This document shows, piece by piece, positions 39,581 through 49,451 of a DNA stretch of 64,000 nt. Where the stretch lies: positions 42,307-106,306 of the forward strand of contig DASUEN010000171.1 of the NCBI GenBank assembly GCA_036275055.1. Reading direction: 5' to 3'. The DNA comes from Thermoanaerobaculia bacterium (GTDB taxonomy: Bacteria > Acidobacteriota > Thermoanaerobaculia > Multivoradales > UBA5704). Position 1 is the first letter of the stretch, and every line of letters begins with the position of its first letter. Position numbers and translations under genes: made by a program. The notes beneath the pieces are model-generated. The model did no database searches. It was not told the DNA's origin and was given only the letters and a program-made list of their open reading frames with translations.

Positions 39581-41794
39581 TCAGAGGGTATTGGAGGTGG
39601 AGAAGAGTTTGTCGCCGACGCGCGGCACTATGCACTCCAGTGTGGCTCCGGGCACCCAGGTGAGACCCGCCGGCACGGCAGCCGCGGCCTCGTAGAGGCC
39701 CTTCTTCGTCTGGTAGCCCGACACGCTGGGCGTAGTCTGGGTACCGATCTCGAACACCAGCTTGCTGCCTCCCGTCCCACCGGCGTCCGCGATGTGCCAG
39801 TCGCGGAAGACGCGGTCGCCGACGTTGACCAGCACGCCGTTCTGCGCCAGGTGGAAGTAGAAGCCGAAGGAGCCGTCCTCGTGCTGGATGCTGAGCCAGT
39901 TGCCGATGCTCGAGGGATCGATCGAATCGACGACGGGGTGGGACGCGTCGAACGCCACCACCCTGCCGCCGCGCGCGGCGTAGACGTCGCCCCCCGTGGA
40001 ACCGGAGAAAGCCAAAGCGTACTGATGAGGGGCGCTGTAGCCGGAGGTCGGGTCGTCGGAGTTCCCCTTGATGACCAGCCAGAGCGGATAACCGCCGGTA
40101 TAGGGGAGGTAATAGAAAGAATCGAGGGAGCCCGCGCAGTCGAAGACCCGGTCGCGTACGATGCTCGGCAGGGTGACGGAATATTCGAACTGCTTGCCGT
40201 TCGTGTTGACGCCGAAGATGGCCGGCCAGCTCAGGCCCGCCACGTGGTCGACGCCGTTGGTGCCGAGGTTGGTGGGGGCGTCCGCTCCGTCGTCGTAGAG
40301 CTGGTCGGTCTCATAGATCGCGAAGCTGTCGCCGATCAGCACGCCGGTGGGGAAATCGGCGGGATTGTTGTTGGTGATCTTGTATCCCATGGCGCCGAAG
40401 GTGGGGTTGGGATCGGGAACGCTGGTGAGGGTGAGGCCGGTGATCTTGGCCGGCTGCCAATCGTTGATCACCTGGTTGCCGCCGACGTCGAAAACCGTTC
40501 TGTCATAGGTCACCGAGGCGTAGTGGCCGAAGGGAAGCACGACCAGTGCGAAGGCCTCGGAGCCCTGGACCTGGGGAGCGCTGCAGGTGAAGACGCAGGT
40601 GGTCTGGAAAGTGGTTGCGGTGACGGTGGCGGGCTGGCCGATCACGAGCGCGCTGGGCAGCGATACCGGCACATCGCCGTCCTTGAGGGCGTTGGCGATG
40701 GTCCAGGTGGTGCCACCCTGGGTGACGTCGATTTTCATCGTGTAGTGGGTGAAGGAGATGCCGCCTCCGGAGCAGCCGGAGGCGATTTGGGCGGCCAACC
40801 GCTGGAGGCTCTCGAGGGCGAGGATGCCGAAAAAGCCTTGGGAGTAGCCCCCTTTTTCGCGGAGCCGGTAGGGCTCGCTGGGATCACTTTTGAACGGCGG
40901 GAATTGTTGGAACGGCGCCACGGAGGCCGAAAGGCACGGCGTCGTCTTGAGCGCCGGTCCCGGAGCAGGCAGCTCGCTGCGCAGCGAGGTCAGCAGCGCA
41001 GTGCCGTCGGCAAAGCGGAGGCCGCGGCCGTCGATGGTCCGCCCTGGCATCAGCCCGGGCGGCAACGCGACCGCGGCGATGCCGGTCAGACGATCGCCCT
41101 CCATGCGGAAAGTGCGGGAGGCATCGTCGACCTCGATCACGCGGCCGTGCAGCCGGCCGGCTCCCACCACCTCGCCGCAGGCGGCGCGCGCGAGGCCGCT
41201 GACGGCGCGAGCATCCTCCACCACTTGGTGGACTCGAGCTTGGTGGACGCGCAGGAAGGCCACGCTCATGGCGCCTTCGGCGAGGCCGGTCCTGGCGTCG
41301 CGGGCGCCGAGGAGCCCGGGCGCCTGGGCGCGGATCGCGCTCTCGAAGCTCGTCTCCCCTCCCTCGAGGCCGGTCACGGTGGCTGCGAAGAGATCGGCGG
41401 CGCGGCAAACGTCGCCCTTGCGCATCACCTCCGCCGCCTCCTCCAGACCCAGGCTCCCGCCGCGCAGGGCATGGCCCGTTTCCGCGTAGGCAGGGTCGGA
41501 CTCCAGCGCCGCGGCCTGCTCGTCGAGTTTGGAACGGACGGGATCGACCACGGCTTCCGGCGTTAGGGCAAGGTCCAGCGCCGAGCAACCCTTGCCGACG
41601 AGGGTGGCGCCGCGCGGAGTGGAGAGGCAGAGGTCCAGGCGGTCGGGGACGCCGTCGTGATCGCGATCCGGCAGCGTTGCGGCGAATCCGGCGGTCGCCG
41701 TGAAACCGGCGAGAGCCAGGAAGACCACCGGGACGGCGTGCGCCCGGCGGCGGTGGAAGGGACGATGATGCTCGCGAACCAGAGAAGTGTTCAT
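39581..41794 (-). CDS. Secreted large protein with C-terminal degenerate M23/LytM-like domain
   Basis: Signal-like VVFLALAGFTATAGFA and a thrombospondin-type-3-like DRDHDGVPD. The C-terminal M23 fold pattern (VYAARGGRVV...LSIQHEDGSFGFYFHL...GDRV) is present, but the HxxxD and HxH zinc ligands appear replaced (HQYALAF; SKLVFEI). Confidence 0.7.
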   Translation of the reverse strand: MNTSLVREHHRPFHRRRAHAVPVVFLALAGFTATAGFAATLPDRDHDGVPDRLDLCLSTPRGATLVGKGCSALDLALTPEAVVDPVRSKLDEQAAALESDPAYAETGHALRGGSLGLEEAAEVMRKGDVCRAADLFAATVTGLEGGETSFESAIRAQAPGLLGARDARTGLAEGAMSVAFLRVHQARVHQVVEDARAVSGLARAACGEVVGAGRLHGRVIEVDDASRTFRMEGDRLTGIAAVALPPGLMPGRTIDGRGLRFADGTALLTSLRSELPAPGPALKTTPCLSASVAPFQQFPPFKSDPSEPYRLREKGGYSQGFFGILALESLQRLAAQIASGCSGGGISFTHYTMKIDVTQGGTTWTIANALKDGDVPVSLPSALVIGQPATVTATTFQTTCVFTCSAPQVQGSEAFALVVLPFGHYASVTYDRTVFDVGGNQVINDWQPAKITGLTLTSVPDPNPTFGAMGYKITNNNPADFPTGVLIGDSFAIYETDQLYDDGADAPTNLGTNGVDHVAGLSWPAIFGVNTNGKQFEYSVTLPSIVRDRVFDCAGSLDSFYYLPYTGGYPLWLVIKGNSDDPTSGYSAPHQYALAFSGSTGGDVYAARGGRVVAFDASHPVVDSIDPSSIGNWLSIQHEDGSFGFYFHLAQNGVLVNVGDRVFRDWHIADAGGTGGSKLVFEIGTQTTPSVSGYQTKKGLYEAAAAVPAGLTWVPGATLECIVPRVGDKLFSTSNTL

Positions 41795-41880
41795 GACGAT
41801 CTCCAGAAGAAACTCCCAGACCGGTCATCGGCCAGGGTCTGTCTGGAGAGGGATGCGGAGGAAGCAGGAAAAAAGGGACA

Positions 41881-42483
41881 TCACGGCCCGGGAGGCGGGC
41901 TGCCGACGAGCTCGCTGAGGAGGAAGGCACGGGCCTTCCGCCAGTCGCGTTTCGCCGTGCGCTCCGTCAGGCCCTGCACCTCGCCGATCTCGGCGAAACC
42001 CAGGCCGGCGAAGAAGCGGAGCTCGACGAGGCGGGCCAGGCGGGGGCTCTCGGCCGCCAGACGCTGCAGGGCGGCATCGAGGGCCAGGAGGTCGCCTGTG
42101 AGCCGGGCGTCTTCCGCGGCCGCCGGCTCTCCCCGTCCGTCGAGCTCGAGGCGCACGACGTCGCCCGAGCGTTTGGCGGCGTCCCGCCGGCGGGCGTAGT
42201 CCACCACCACATGACGCATCACCCGCGCCGCGAGGTTGAAGAAATGTGACCGGTCCACGGCGGAGAGGCCCGCCGGCTGGGCGAGGCGCAGGTAGGCCTC
42301 GTGCACAAGAACGGTGGTGCCGAGGGTCTCGCCGGGCCGTCCGCGGACGCCGAGCTGCCGGTGGGCCAGGGCGTGGAGATCGCGATAAACGCGGGAAAAC
42401 AGAGCGTTGGCGGCGGCTGGATCGCCCTCCCGGACCGCGGAGAGCAGGCGGGTGATTTCCTCGGTGGATTTGTAAGGAGACAT
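41881..42483 (-). CDS. ECF sigma factor of the Ser/Thr-kinase-associated type
   Basis: AGGAGG RBS. EITRLLSAVREGDPAAANALFSRVY...LVHEAYLRL...FAEIGEVQGLTERTAKRDW. It lies directly downstream of a TPR kinase. Confidence 0.9.
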   Translation of the reverse strand: MSPYKSTEEITRLLSAVREGDPAAANALFSRVYRDLHALAHRQLGVRGRPGETLGTTVLVHEAYLRLAQPAGLSAVDRSHFFNLAARVMRHVVVDYARRRDAAKRSGDVVRLELDGRGEPAAAEDARLTGDLLALDAALQRLAAESPRLARLVELRFFAGLGFAEIGEVQGLTERTAKRDWRKARAFLLSELVGSPPPGP

Positions 42484-42498
42484 TTTTCCTCCTGGATG

Positions 42499-45405
42499 TT
42501 ATCCAGCGCGCCGCAGCAGGGCCGCCGCTTCGTGAGTGGCCGCATGGCTCTCGCCGCGATGCTCGCGCAGGCGGGCCACGGCTTCGGTGAGGTCCTGCCT
42601 GGCCCGGGTCCGGTCGCCGGCGGCGAGGGCGATGCGGCCGCTCGCCACCAGGAATTCGTCGAGACGAGGGTGTCCGGGATCGCTCTGGCGCAGGAAAGCG
42701 ATCGCCGGGTCGATCCCGCGCCGCGCTGCGATCAGGTTTTCGCGGCCGCCAAGGGCCAGCAGGTCGAGGGCAATCTGATAATCGGACGTTGCCACACCGA
42801 GGTGAGCCGCGGTGCCGAAGAGCTTGAGCTCGATCTCCCGGGCCCGCCGGTGAAGGGCCAGGGCCTGGCCGGCATGCCCCCGCCGCCGCTCCACCTCGCC
42901 CAGATATTTGAGCGCCGAGCGGATCTCGTTGCCTTCGGGATCGTGGTGCTCGTCATGCTCCACGACCTGGGAGAGCGTGCGCTCCGCCTCCTCCAGCCGG
43001 CCGAGCCGCAGCCGCGCCCAGCCTTCGCTCAGCCGGGCGGCCCACACCAGGGGATGGTCTTCTCCCACCTTCTGCCGCAGGAACCTCTCCGCCGCCACGA
43101 GCTCCTGCTCCGCCTCGGCGTAGCGCTCCTCGCTCATCAGGCAGAAGCCCAGGTAGCGGCGGGCCGTGCCCGCGTCGTAGTGACCGAGAGGTTCCAGGAT
43201 GCGGATCGCATCGCGTAGCGCCCGCTCGGCCTCTGCATAGCGCCGCATCTCGGAGAGCAGGAAGCCGTACTTGATCTGCGTCTGGGCCACTTCGAGATGA
43301 TCGGGCCCCACCGCGGCCCGCTGCTGGGCGAGGGCGGCAGCGTACTGGGCCGCGGCCTCCTCGCGGCGGCCGGCCGTGGCGAGGAGCTCGGCCAGCATCC
43401 GGCGGGCGAACGAGACTTCGAGGGGGGAGGCCCGGGGCGACGCCTCCAGAATGGCGAGGCCCTCCTGCGCCGCCCGCTGCGCCTCGTCGAAGCGGGAGAG
43501 GTCGCCGAGGATGGCGGCGGTCTCGTAGAGCCAGCGCCCCGTCTCGACGCTGCGGGGGCCGTAGCGGCTGCGGGTGCGGGCGATCATCTCGCGGCCGAGG
43601 GCGAGAGCCTTGTCCGGCTCCCCCCGCTGGCCGAGCAGGAAGAGGCGGATGCTGGCCAGGCGCAGCCCCTCCTTGCTCTCCCGGCCGAAGTGCCGTGCCA
43701 GCAAGGGGCGCGTGCGTTCGGCGAGACGCCATGCCTGGTCCAGATGGCCGCGATTGGCTTCGATCTCCGCCAGCGTCGTGAGGCTGAGGGCCGCCTCCGC
43801 CGAGCCGGCGCCGAAGAGCCGCCGCCTCCCGGCGAGAGAGGCCCGCCCCGCCTCGCTCCCGGCGTCGTACAGACCGAGGCTGAGATCGATCTGGGCCAGG
43901 GCGTCCAGCAGCTCGGCCTGCACCTCGGGCTCCTGCGCCAGCTCCTTCTCCACTCGGCGGGAGCCCACGGCGAGGATCTGCCGCGCCGTCAGCTCCGGCC
44001 CCTGCCCCTTCTCCGGAGCAGCCTCGTGGAAGATGGAGAGCAGGAGCTCCTTGACCCGCTCCGCCCGCTGCGCCTGGGCCGTGGCGATCCGCGCCTCCCG
44101 CTGCGACATGGCGACACCGGCCACCAGCGACAGCACCGCCGCGCTCATCGCCGCCGCCGCCAGCTTGTGGCGCAGCACTAGCTTGCGCGCGCGGTAGAGC
44201 GCCGAATCCGGGCGTGCCCGCACCGTCCGCCCCGCGAGGAAACGCTGGAGATCCGTGCCGAAATCGGCGGCCGAGCGGTAGCGGCGCGCGGGGTCGCGAT
44301 GCAGGGCGGCGAGCACCACGGTATCGAGGTCTCCCTGGACCCGGCGGGCCAGGCGCCGCCGGTCGGGGATGCCGGCTTCGTCGTCCGCGGCCTTGGGATC
44401 GGCCTCGCGGAGCACGGCCGACGGGCGCTCCGTGGGCTCACTGGCGTCCTGGCGGGCCAGGGTGGCGAGCGAGCGGCCGGTGGGATGGGGGGAGCGGCCG
44501 GTCAGCAGCTCATAGAGGATCACTCCCAGGGCGTAGACGTCCGTGGCCATGGTCACAGGCTCGCCCAGGAGCTGCTCCGGAGCGGCATAGGCCGGCGTCA
44601 GCGGCGTGCCCACGTGCTGCGTGGACCACTCCTCAGGAGTTTCGGCCAGCAGCTTGGCGATGCCGAAGTCCAGAAGCTTCACCTGTCCCTCGGCCGTGAC
44701 CAGCAGGTTCGAGGGCTTGAGATCGCGATGCACGACCAGGCTGCGGTGCGCGGCATCCACTGCTTCGCAGGCGGCGATGATCAGGCGCAGGCGCTCCTCC
44801 AGCGACACTTTGACGCGCCGGCAATACGAGGGGATCGGCTCGCCCTCGACGAGCTCCAGCACGAAATAGGGGCGGCCGTCCGGAGCCGTGCCGCCGTCGA
44901 GCAGGCGGGCGATGCCGGGATGCTCCAGGCGGGCGAGGATCTGGCGCTCGCGATGGAACCGCCGCACGATCTCCTCCGAATCCATGCCGCGCTTGATGAG
45001 CTTCAAGGCCACCCGCTGCTCGAAGGCGCCATCCGCCCGCTCGGCGAGGAACACCTCGCCCATGCCGCCCCGGCCGAGGAGGGCGAGGAGCTGATACGGG
45101 CCGATGCGATCCGCCGGGAGGGGTGTCTCCGGTTCCGCGTCAGCGACGAAAGCCGAGGCCACGAATACCGGTGCCCGCTCGGCCACCGGCCGCGAGAGTC
45201 CCTCCGGCCCCTCCGCATCGGCCGCGAAGAGCCGAGCCAACCGCGCCGCCAGCTCCGGCTGCGTCCGCGCCAGCTCCGCGAGTCTGGCCGCGCGCTCCTC
45301 AGCGGCAAGCTCCGCGAGCTCATCGAACCAGCGCAACCACTCCGGCTCTCCGCCCGGAGCCACCCAAGTGCTGGCTCGTTTGTCGAGAAGCAGGTCTGTG
45401 GACAT
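42499..45405 (-). CDS. Ser/Thr protein kinase with one TM segment and a long C-terminal TPR array
   Basis: GRGGMGEVF, ALKLIK, HRDLKPSNLLV, DFGIAKL, APEQ. TM segment LAAAAMSAAVLSLVAGVAM, then more than 500 aa of TPR-like repeats. Confidence 0.9.
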   Translation of the reverse strand: MSTDLLLDKRASTWVAPGGEPEWLRWFDELAELAAEERAARLAELARTQPELAARLARLFAADAEGPEGLSRPVAERAPVFVASAFVADAEPETPLPADRIGPYQLLALLGRGGMGEVFLAERADGAFEQRVALKLIKRGMDSEEIVRRFHRERQILARLEHPGIARLLDGGTAPDGRPYFVLELVEGEPIPSYCRRVKVSLEERLRLIIAACEAVDAAHRSLVVHRDLKPSNLLVTAEGQVKLLDFGIAKLLAETPEEWSTQHVGTPLTPAYAAPEQLLGEPVTMATDVYALGVILYELLTGRSPHPTGRSLATLARQDASEPTERPSAVLREADPKAADDEAGIPDRRRLARRVQGDLDTVVLAALHRDPARRYRSAADFGTDLQRFLAGRTVRARPDSALYRARKLVLRHKLAAAAMSAAVLSLVAGVAMSQREARIATAQAQRAERVKELLLSIFHEAAPEKGQGPELTARQILAVGSRRVEKELAQEPEVQAELLDALAQIDLSLGLYDAGSEAGRASLAGRRRLFGAGSAEAALSLTTLAEIEANRGHLDQAWRLAERTRPLLARHFGRESKEGLRLASIRLFLLGQRGEPDKALALGREMIARTRSRYGPRSVETGRWLYETAAILGDLSRFDEAQRAAQEGLAILEASPRASPLEVSFARRMLAELLATAGRREEAAAQYAAALAQQRAAVGPDHLEVAQTQIKYGFLLSEMRRYAEAERALRDAIRILEPLGHYDAGTARRYLGFCLMSEERYAEAEQELVAAERFLRQKVGEDHPLVWAARLSEGWARLRLGRLEEAERTLSQVVEHDEHHDPEGNEIRSALKYLGEVERRRGHAGQALALHRRAREIELKLFGTAAHLGVATSDYQIALDLLALGGRENLIAARRGIDPAIAFLRQSDPGHPRLDEFLVASGRIALAAGDRTRARQDLTEAVARLREHRGESHAATHEAAALLRRAG

Positions 45406-45552
45406 GAGGGATCTCCGGGCTCCAGGTCGGATAGGTTGAGCTGTCAGAGAGTGACCTCGGGCGGGAAACCATTTCGAGCCCTGGAGCGGCGATTACTCGC
45501 TTCCTGCCGCTGTAGAATTCCGCTGATATCTGGGAAAGGAGACTGACCGGCC

Positions 45553-46317
45553 ATGTCATCGAGTCTTGGGCAAACCGTCCCCGTCAACGATATGGAGATG
45601 TATTACGAAACCCGCGGCGAAGGTGAGCCTCTGGTGCTGCTGCACGGCGGGGGAGGAGCAGGTATCAATTGGACACTTCACTTCCCGGAACCACCCGAAG
45701 GATACCGGCTCATCGTGCCGGACCTGCGCGGCCATGGGAGGTCGACCAATCCCGCGCAGAGGATCACCTACCGGCAATTGGCGCTCGACGTCTTCGCGCT
45801 GTTGGACCACTTGGGGATCGAACGCTTCAAGGCCGTGGGATTGAGTCTGGGCGCCAAGACGCTGCTGCACGTGGCCACGCAGCAGCCGGACCGGCTCGAA
45901 GCGGCTGTGCTGGTCAGCGCAACGCCCTACTTTCCGGAGCAGGCGCGTGCGATCATGCGCCAGATGACGCCGGAAAATCGCACCGACGCAGAGTGGGACC
46001 AGATGCGCCAGTGGCACCATCATGGTGACGAGCAGATCCGGGAGCTGTGGCGCCAGATGAACGCCTTCAAGGACAGCTATGACGACATGACCTTCACGCC
46101 GCCCTATCTATCGACGATCACCGCCCGCACGCTGATCGTGCATGGCGACCGGGATCCTCTGTACCCCGTGAGGCTGGCGCTGGAAATGTACGAGGCGATC
46201 CCCAAAGCGTTCCTCTGGGTCGTTCCGAACGGCGGGCATGGCCCCATCTTCGGCGAGAGGAGCCAGCGTTTCGTGGAGACAACGCTGGCGTTCTTGCGGG
46301 ACGACCCCAACCTTTAA
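45553..46317 (+). CDS. Alpha/beta hydrolase fold protein
   Basis: LVLLHGGGG, nucleophile elbow GLSLGA, C-terminal GGHGP. Its stop overlaps the convergent RND gene stop. Confidence 0.85.
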   Translation: MSSSLGQTVPVNDMEMYYETRGEGEPLVLLHGGGGAGINWTLHFPEPPEGYRLIVPDLRGHGRSTNPAQRITYRQLALDVFALLDHLGIERFKAVGLSLGAKTLLHVATQQPDRLEAAVLVSATPYFPEQARAIMRQMTPENRTDAEWDQMRQWHHHGDEQIRELWRQMNAFKDSYDDMTFTPPYLSTITARTLIVHGDRDPLYPVRLALEMYEAIPKAFLWVVPNGGHGPIFGERSQRFVETTLAFLRDDPNL

Positions 46318-49300
46318 TCCGTCACCGGCGACGGCTCTCCGATCACCTTTTTCGGGCGACTCTTGCGCACGGTGAACAGCGCTCCCAGGCGCGAGAAGAC
46401 CTTCGAGTTCGCCCAGTCGTCGAAGATGCTGTAACTGACCGGCGTGCCGATCAGCGTCAGCAGGAGCGAGAGGAGCTGGCCGCCCAGGATCACCGAGGCG
46501 ATGGCCCGGTTCGTCCCCGCTCCTGTACCGCTCGAAGCCACGAGCGGAATCATGCCGGCCACGAAGGCTAAGGTGGTCATCAGGATCGGCCGCAACCGGT
46601 CGCGGTTCGCCTCCCGAATGGCCTCCGCCCGCGGCATTCCCTGCGCCCGCAGCGCGTTGGTGTGGTCGATCTGCAGGATGGAGTTTTTCTTCACGATGCC
46701 GAACAGCACCAGGATACCGAGCATCGAAAAGATGTTGACCGACTGGTTCAGCATCAGGATCGACAGCAGCGCGAACGGCACCGTCATCGGCAGCGACAGC
46801 AGGATGGTGAACGGGTGGAGCCAGCTCTCGAACTGCGCTGCGAGGATCAGATACATGAAGATGATCGACAGCAGGAAGGCGATCATGAACGACGTGAACG
46901 CCTTCCCCTGCTCGCGCGAGCGGCCGGTCAAACCGGAGGAGAAGCCGGCCGGCATCTTGAGGTCCGCCGCCGTGCGGTTCAGCGTGTCGATGGCCGTCTG
47001 CGACGAGAAGCCCGGCCGCATGTTGGCGGTGACCATCACCTGCCGCCGCCGGTTGAGGCGATTGATCAGCGACGGGCCCGTGCCCTCGTTTAGAGTGACA
47101 AGATCGCGTAGCGGCACGGTGCCGCGGCTCAGCGAGGGCACTTCCATGGCGGCGATGGCCTGGGCGTTGTTGCGGTCGGCCTCGTCGGCCCGCACATGCA
47201 CCTCGTACTCCTCGCCTCCCTCGAAGTAGGAAGTGGCCTTCTGGCCGCCCACCAGGACGTTGAGCGAACTCGCGATGTCCTGCACCCGCACGCCGAGGTC
47301 GGCCGTCTTGTCGCGGTCGATGCGCACGCCGAGCTCGGGTTTGCCGACGATGAAGTTGGTGTCCACGTCGGTGGTGCCCGGCACCTTCACGAGCGCGGCC
47401 TTGAGCTTCTGCGCGTACTCGTTGAGCTTGTCGAGGTCGGGGCCGCCGATCCAGAACTGGATCTCGTTGTCCACGCCGTTGCCGAAGGCCGAGACCTGTG
47501 CCACCTGGGCCCGCACCTTGAGGGCTTCGTACTGCGGCAGGATCTCCTCGCGCACCCGCTGCATGAGGTGGAACTGATCTTCCTTGCGCGTCTTCGGATC
47601 GCTGAGCTGAACGTAAACCAGACCCAGGTTCAGCGTCTGCTGCGGGTCGTTGCCGATGGTGTTCACCGTCGTCACCACGCCGGGGAGCTTGCGCACCTGG
47701 CTGGCCACGGACTCCAGGATGGTCTGCGTCGTCGTCAGATTCGCTCCCTCGGGCACGCGCACCACCACCTGGAATTGCGACTCGTCGTCGTTGGGCAGGA
47801 AGTTTTTGTTCACCGCCATGAACAGGGGGATGGTGGAGAGGAACACCAGCACCATCGCGATCACCACCACCCAGCGGTGAGCCATGGCGAAGTCGAGCAA
47901 GCGCAGGTAGACGCGCTCGACGGCGGCGTAAACGCCCCGCTGGCGCGAGCCTTCCCCGGGCTGGGCGGTATCGTTCGACCGTAGCCACCGCGAGGCCAGC
48001 ATCGGCGTCAGCGTGAACGCGACGATCAGCGACACGGCGATGGCGAACGCCATGGTGATACCGAAGGAGTACATGAAGCGGCCCACGATGCCGCCCATGA
48101 AGGCCACCGGCAGGAAGACGGCGATCAATGACAGGCTGGTGGCGAGCACGGCGAGGCCCACCTCCTTGGTGCCCTCGACGGCCGCCTGCCGCGGCGTCAT
48201 CTTTTTCTCTTCCATGAAGCGGAAGATGTTTTCGAGCACCACCACCGCATCATCGATCACGATTCCCACCGCCAGCGTCAGCGCCAGCAGGGTGAGCACG
48301 TTGAGCGTGAAGCCCATGTACTTCATGGCGGCGAAGGTGGCGATGAGCGAGCTGGGGATGGCCACCGCCGAGATCAGCGTCGGCCGGAAGCGGCGCAGGA
48401 AGAGCCACACGATGCCGGCCGCGAACAGCGAGCCCACCATCAGGTGCTCTTTCACGGCGTCGACCGCGGCGACGATGAACTTCGACTGGTCGCGGACGAT
48501 CTCCGCGTGCCAGCCCGCGGGGATCTGCCCTTTGAGGTCCTCGAACCGCTCCTTGATGGCATCGACCACGGCGATCGTGTTGGTGCCTGACTGCTTGATC
48601 ACCTGCAGCACCACGGCCGGCTTGCCGGCGACGGTGGCGACCGACTCGGCCTCTTCGACTCCGTCCTCGATGCGGGCGACGTCGCCCACCCGCACCGGGT
48701 AGCCGTTGCGGGTGGTAATCGGCAGGCGCGCGAAGTCGGCGGGCGTGCCGACGCGGCCGTAGGTGCGCAGCGTCAGGTCGCGACGGTTCTGGGCCACCTT
48801 GCCGCCCGGAATCTGCACGTTCTGGCTCCCCAGGGCGTTGACCACGTCCGCCGCCGTCAGGTTCAGGCTGTCGAGCTTCGCCGTGTCGGTGATCACGTTG
48901 ATCTGCCGCAGCCGCTGACCCACGAGCTTCACCTGGCCGACGCCGAAAACGGTTTCCAAACGCCGCTTCAGCACGCGGTCGGCATATTCCGAAATGTCGC
49001 GCTGCGAGGCGGGGCCCGAAAGCGCGATCGAGATCACCGGATCGGCGTCCGCGTTGATCTTTTGAATGATCGGCGGATCGGCGTCCTTGGGCAGGTTGGC
49101 CAGGATGGCGTTGACCTTGTCGCGCACCTCCTGGGCGGCCACGTCCGGGTTCTTCTCCAGCGTGAATTGGATCTGCACCAGCGACACGTTCTCCGAGGAG
49201 GTGGAGATCAACTGATCGATGCCGTTGATGGTGTTGACCGCCTCCTCGATCTTGTCGGTGACCTCGGTCTCCATCTCCTCGGGCGCGGCGCCCGGCAGAA

Positions 49301-49451
49301 CGGTGGTGATGACGACGAAGGGGAACTCGACGTTCGGAAAGCGGTCGACGCCGAGCTGGAAGTAGGCGAAGATGCCTACCACCACCAGCGCGAGAATGAG
49401 CACCGTCGCGAAGACGGGCCGGCGGACGCAGAGCTCAGCGAGCTTTTGCAT
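46314..49451 (-). CDS. RND efflux permease (AcrB/HAE1-like)
   Basis: ATG 49451 follows GGGGAGGA. MQKLAELCVRRPVFATVLILALVVVG...; 12-TM plus two large loop architecture; 1045 aa. Confidence 0.95.
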   Translation of the reverse strand: MQKLAELCVRRPVFATVLILALVVVGIFAYFQLGVDRFPNVEFPFVVITTVLPGAAPEEMETEVTDKIEEAVNTINGIDQLISTSSENVSLVQIQFTLEKNPDVAAQEVRDKVNAILANLPKDADPPIIQKINADADPVISIALSGPASQRDISEYADRVLKRRLETVFGVGQVKLVGQRLRQINVITDTAKLDSLNLTAADVVNALGSQNVQIPGGKVAQNRRDLTLRTYGRVGTPADFARLPITTRNGYPVRVGDVARIEDGVEEAESVATVAGKPAVVLQVIKQSGTNTIAVVDAIKERFEDLKGQIPAGWHAEIVRDQSKFIVAAVDAVKEHLMVGSLFAAGIVWLFLRRFRPTLISAVAIPSSLIATFAAMKYMGFTLNVLTLLALTLAVGIVIDDAVVVLENIFRFMEEKKMTPRQAAVEGTKEVGLAVLATSLSLIAVFLPVAFMGGIVGRFMYSFGITMAFAIAVSLIVAFTLTPMLASRWLRSNDTAQPGEGSRQRGVYAAVERVYLRLLDFAMAHRWVVVIAMVLVFLSTIPLFMAVNKNFLPNDDESQFQVVVRVPEGANLTTTQTILESVASQVRKLPGVVTTVNTIGNDPQQTLNLGLVYVQLSDPKTRKEDQFHLMQRVREEILPQYEALKVRAQVAQVSAFGNGVDNEIQFWIGGPDLDKLNEYAQKLKAALVKVPGTTDVDTNFIVGKPELGVRIDRDKTADLGVRVQDIASSLNVLVGGQKATSYFEGGEEYEVHVRADEADRNNAQAIAAMEVPSLSRGTVPLRDLVTLNEGTGPSLINRLNRRRQVMVTANMRPGFSSQTAIDTLNRTAADLKMPAGFSSGLTGRSREQGKAFTSFMIAFLLSIIFMYLILAAQFESWLHPFTILLSLPMTVPFALLSILMLNQSVNIFSMLGILVLFGIVKKNSILQIDHTNALRAQGMPRAEAIREANRDRLRPILMTTLAFVAGMIPLVASSGTGAGTNRAIASVILGGQLLSLLLTLIGTPVSYSIFDDWANSKVFSRLGALFTVRKSRPKKVIGEPSPVTD

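Noticed and set aside
39285-39635. 116-aa minus-strand ORF overlapping the 3' end of the LytM-like gene and the 68-aa plus-strand ORF.
   Set aside because: It overlaps the C-terminus of a well-supported gene on the same strand in another frame and has no RBS. The plus-strand 68-aa ORF has the strong RBS and better codon bias.
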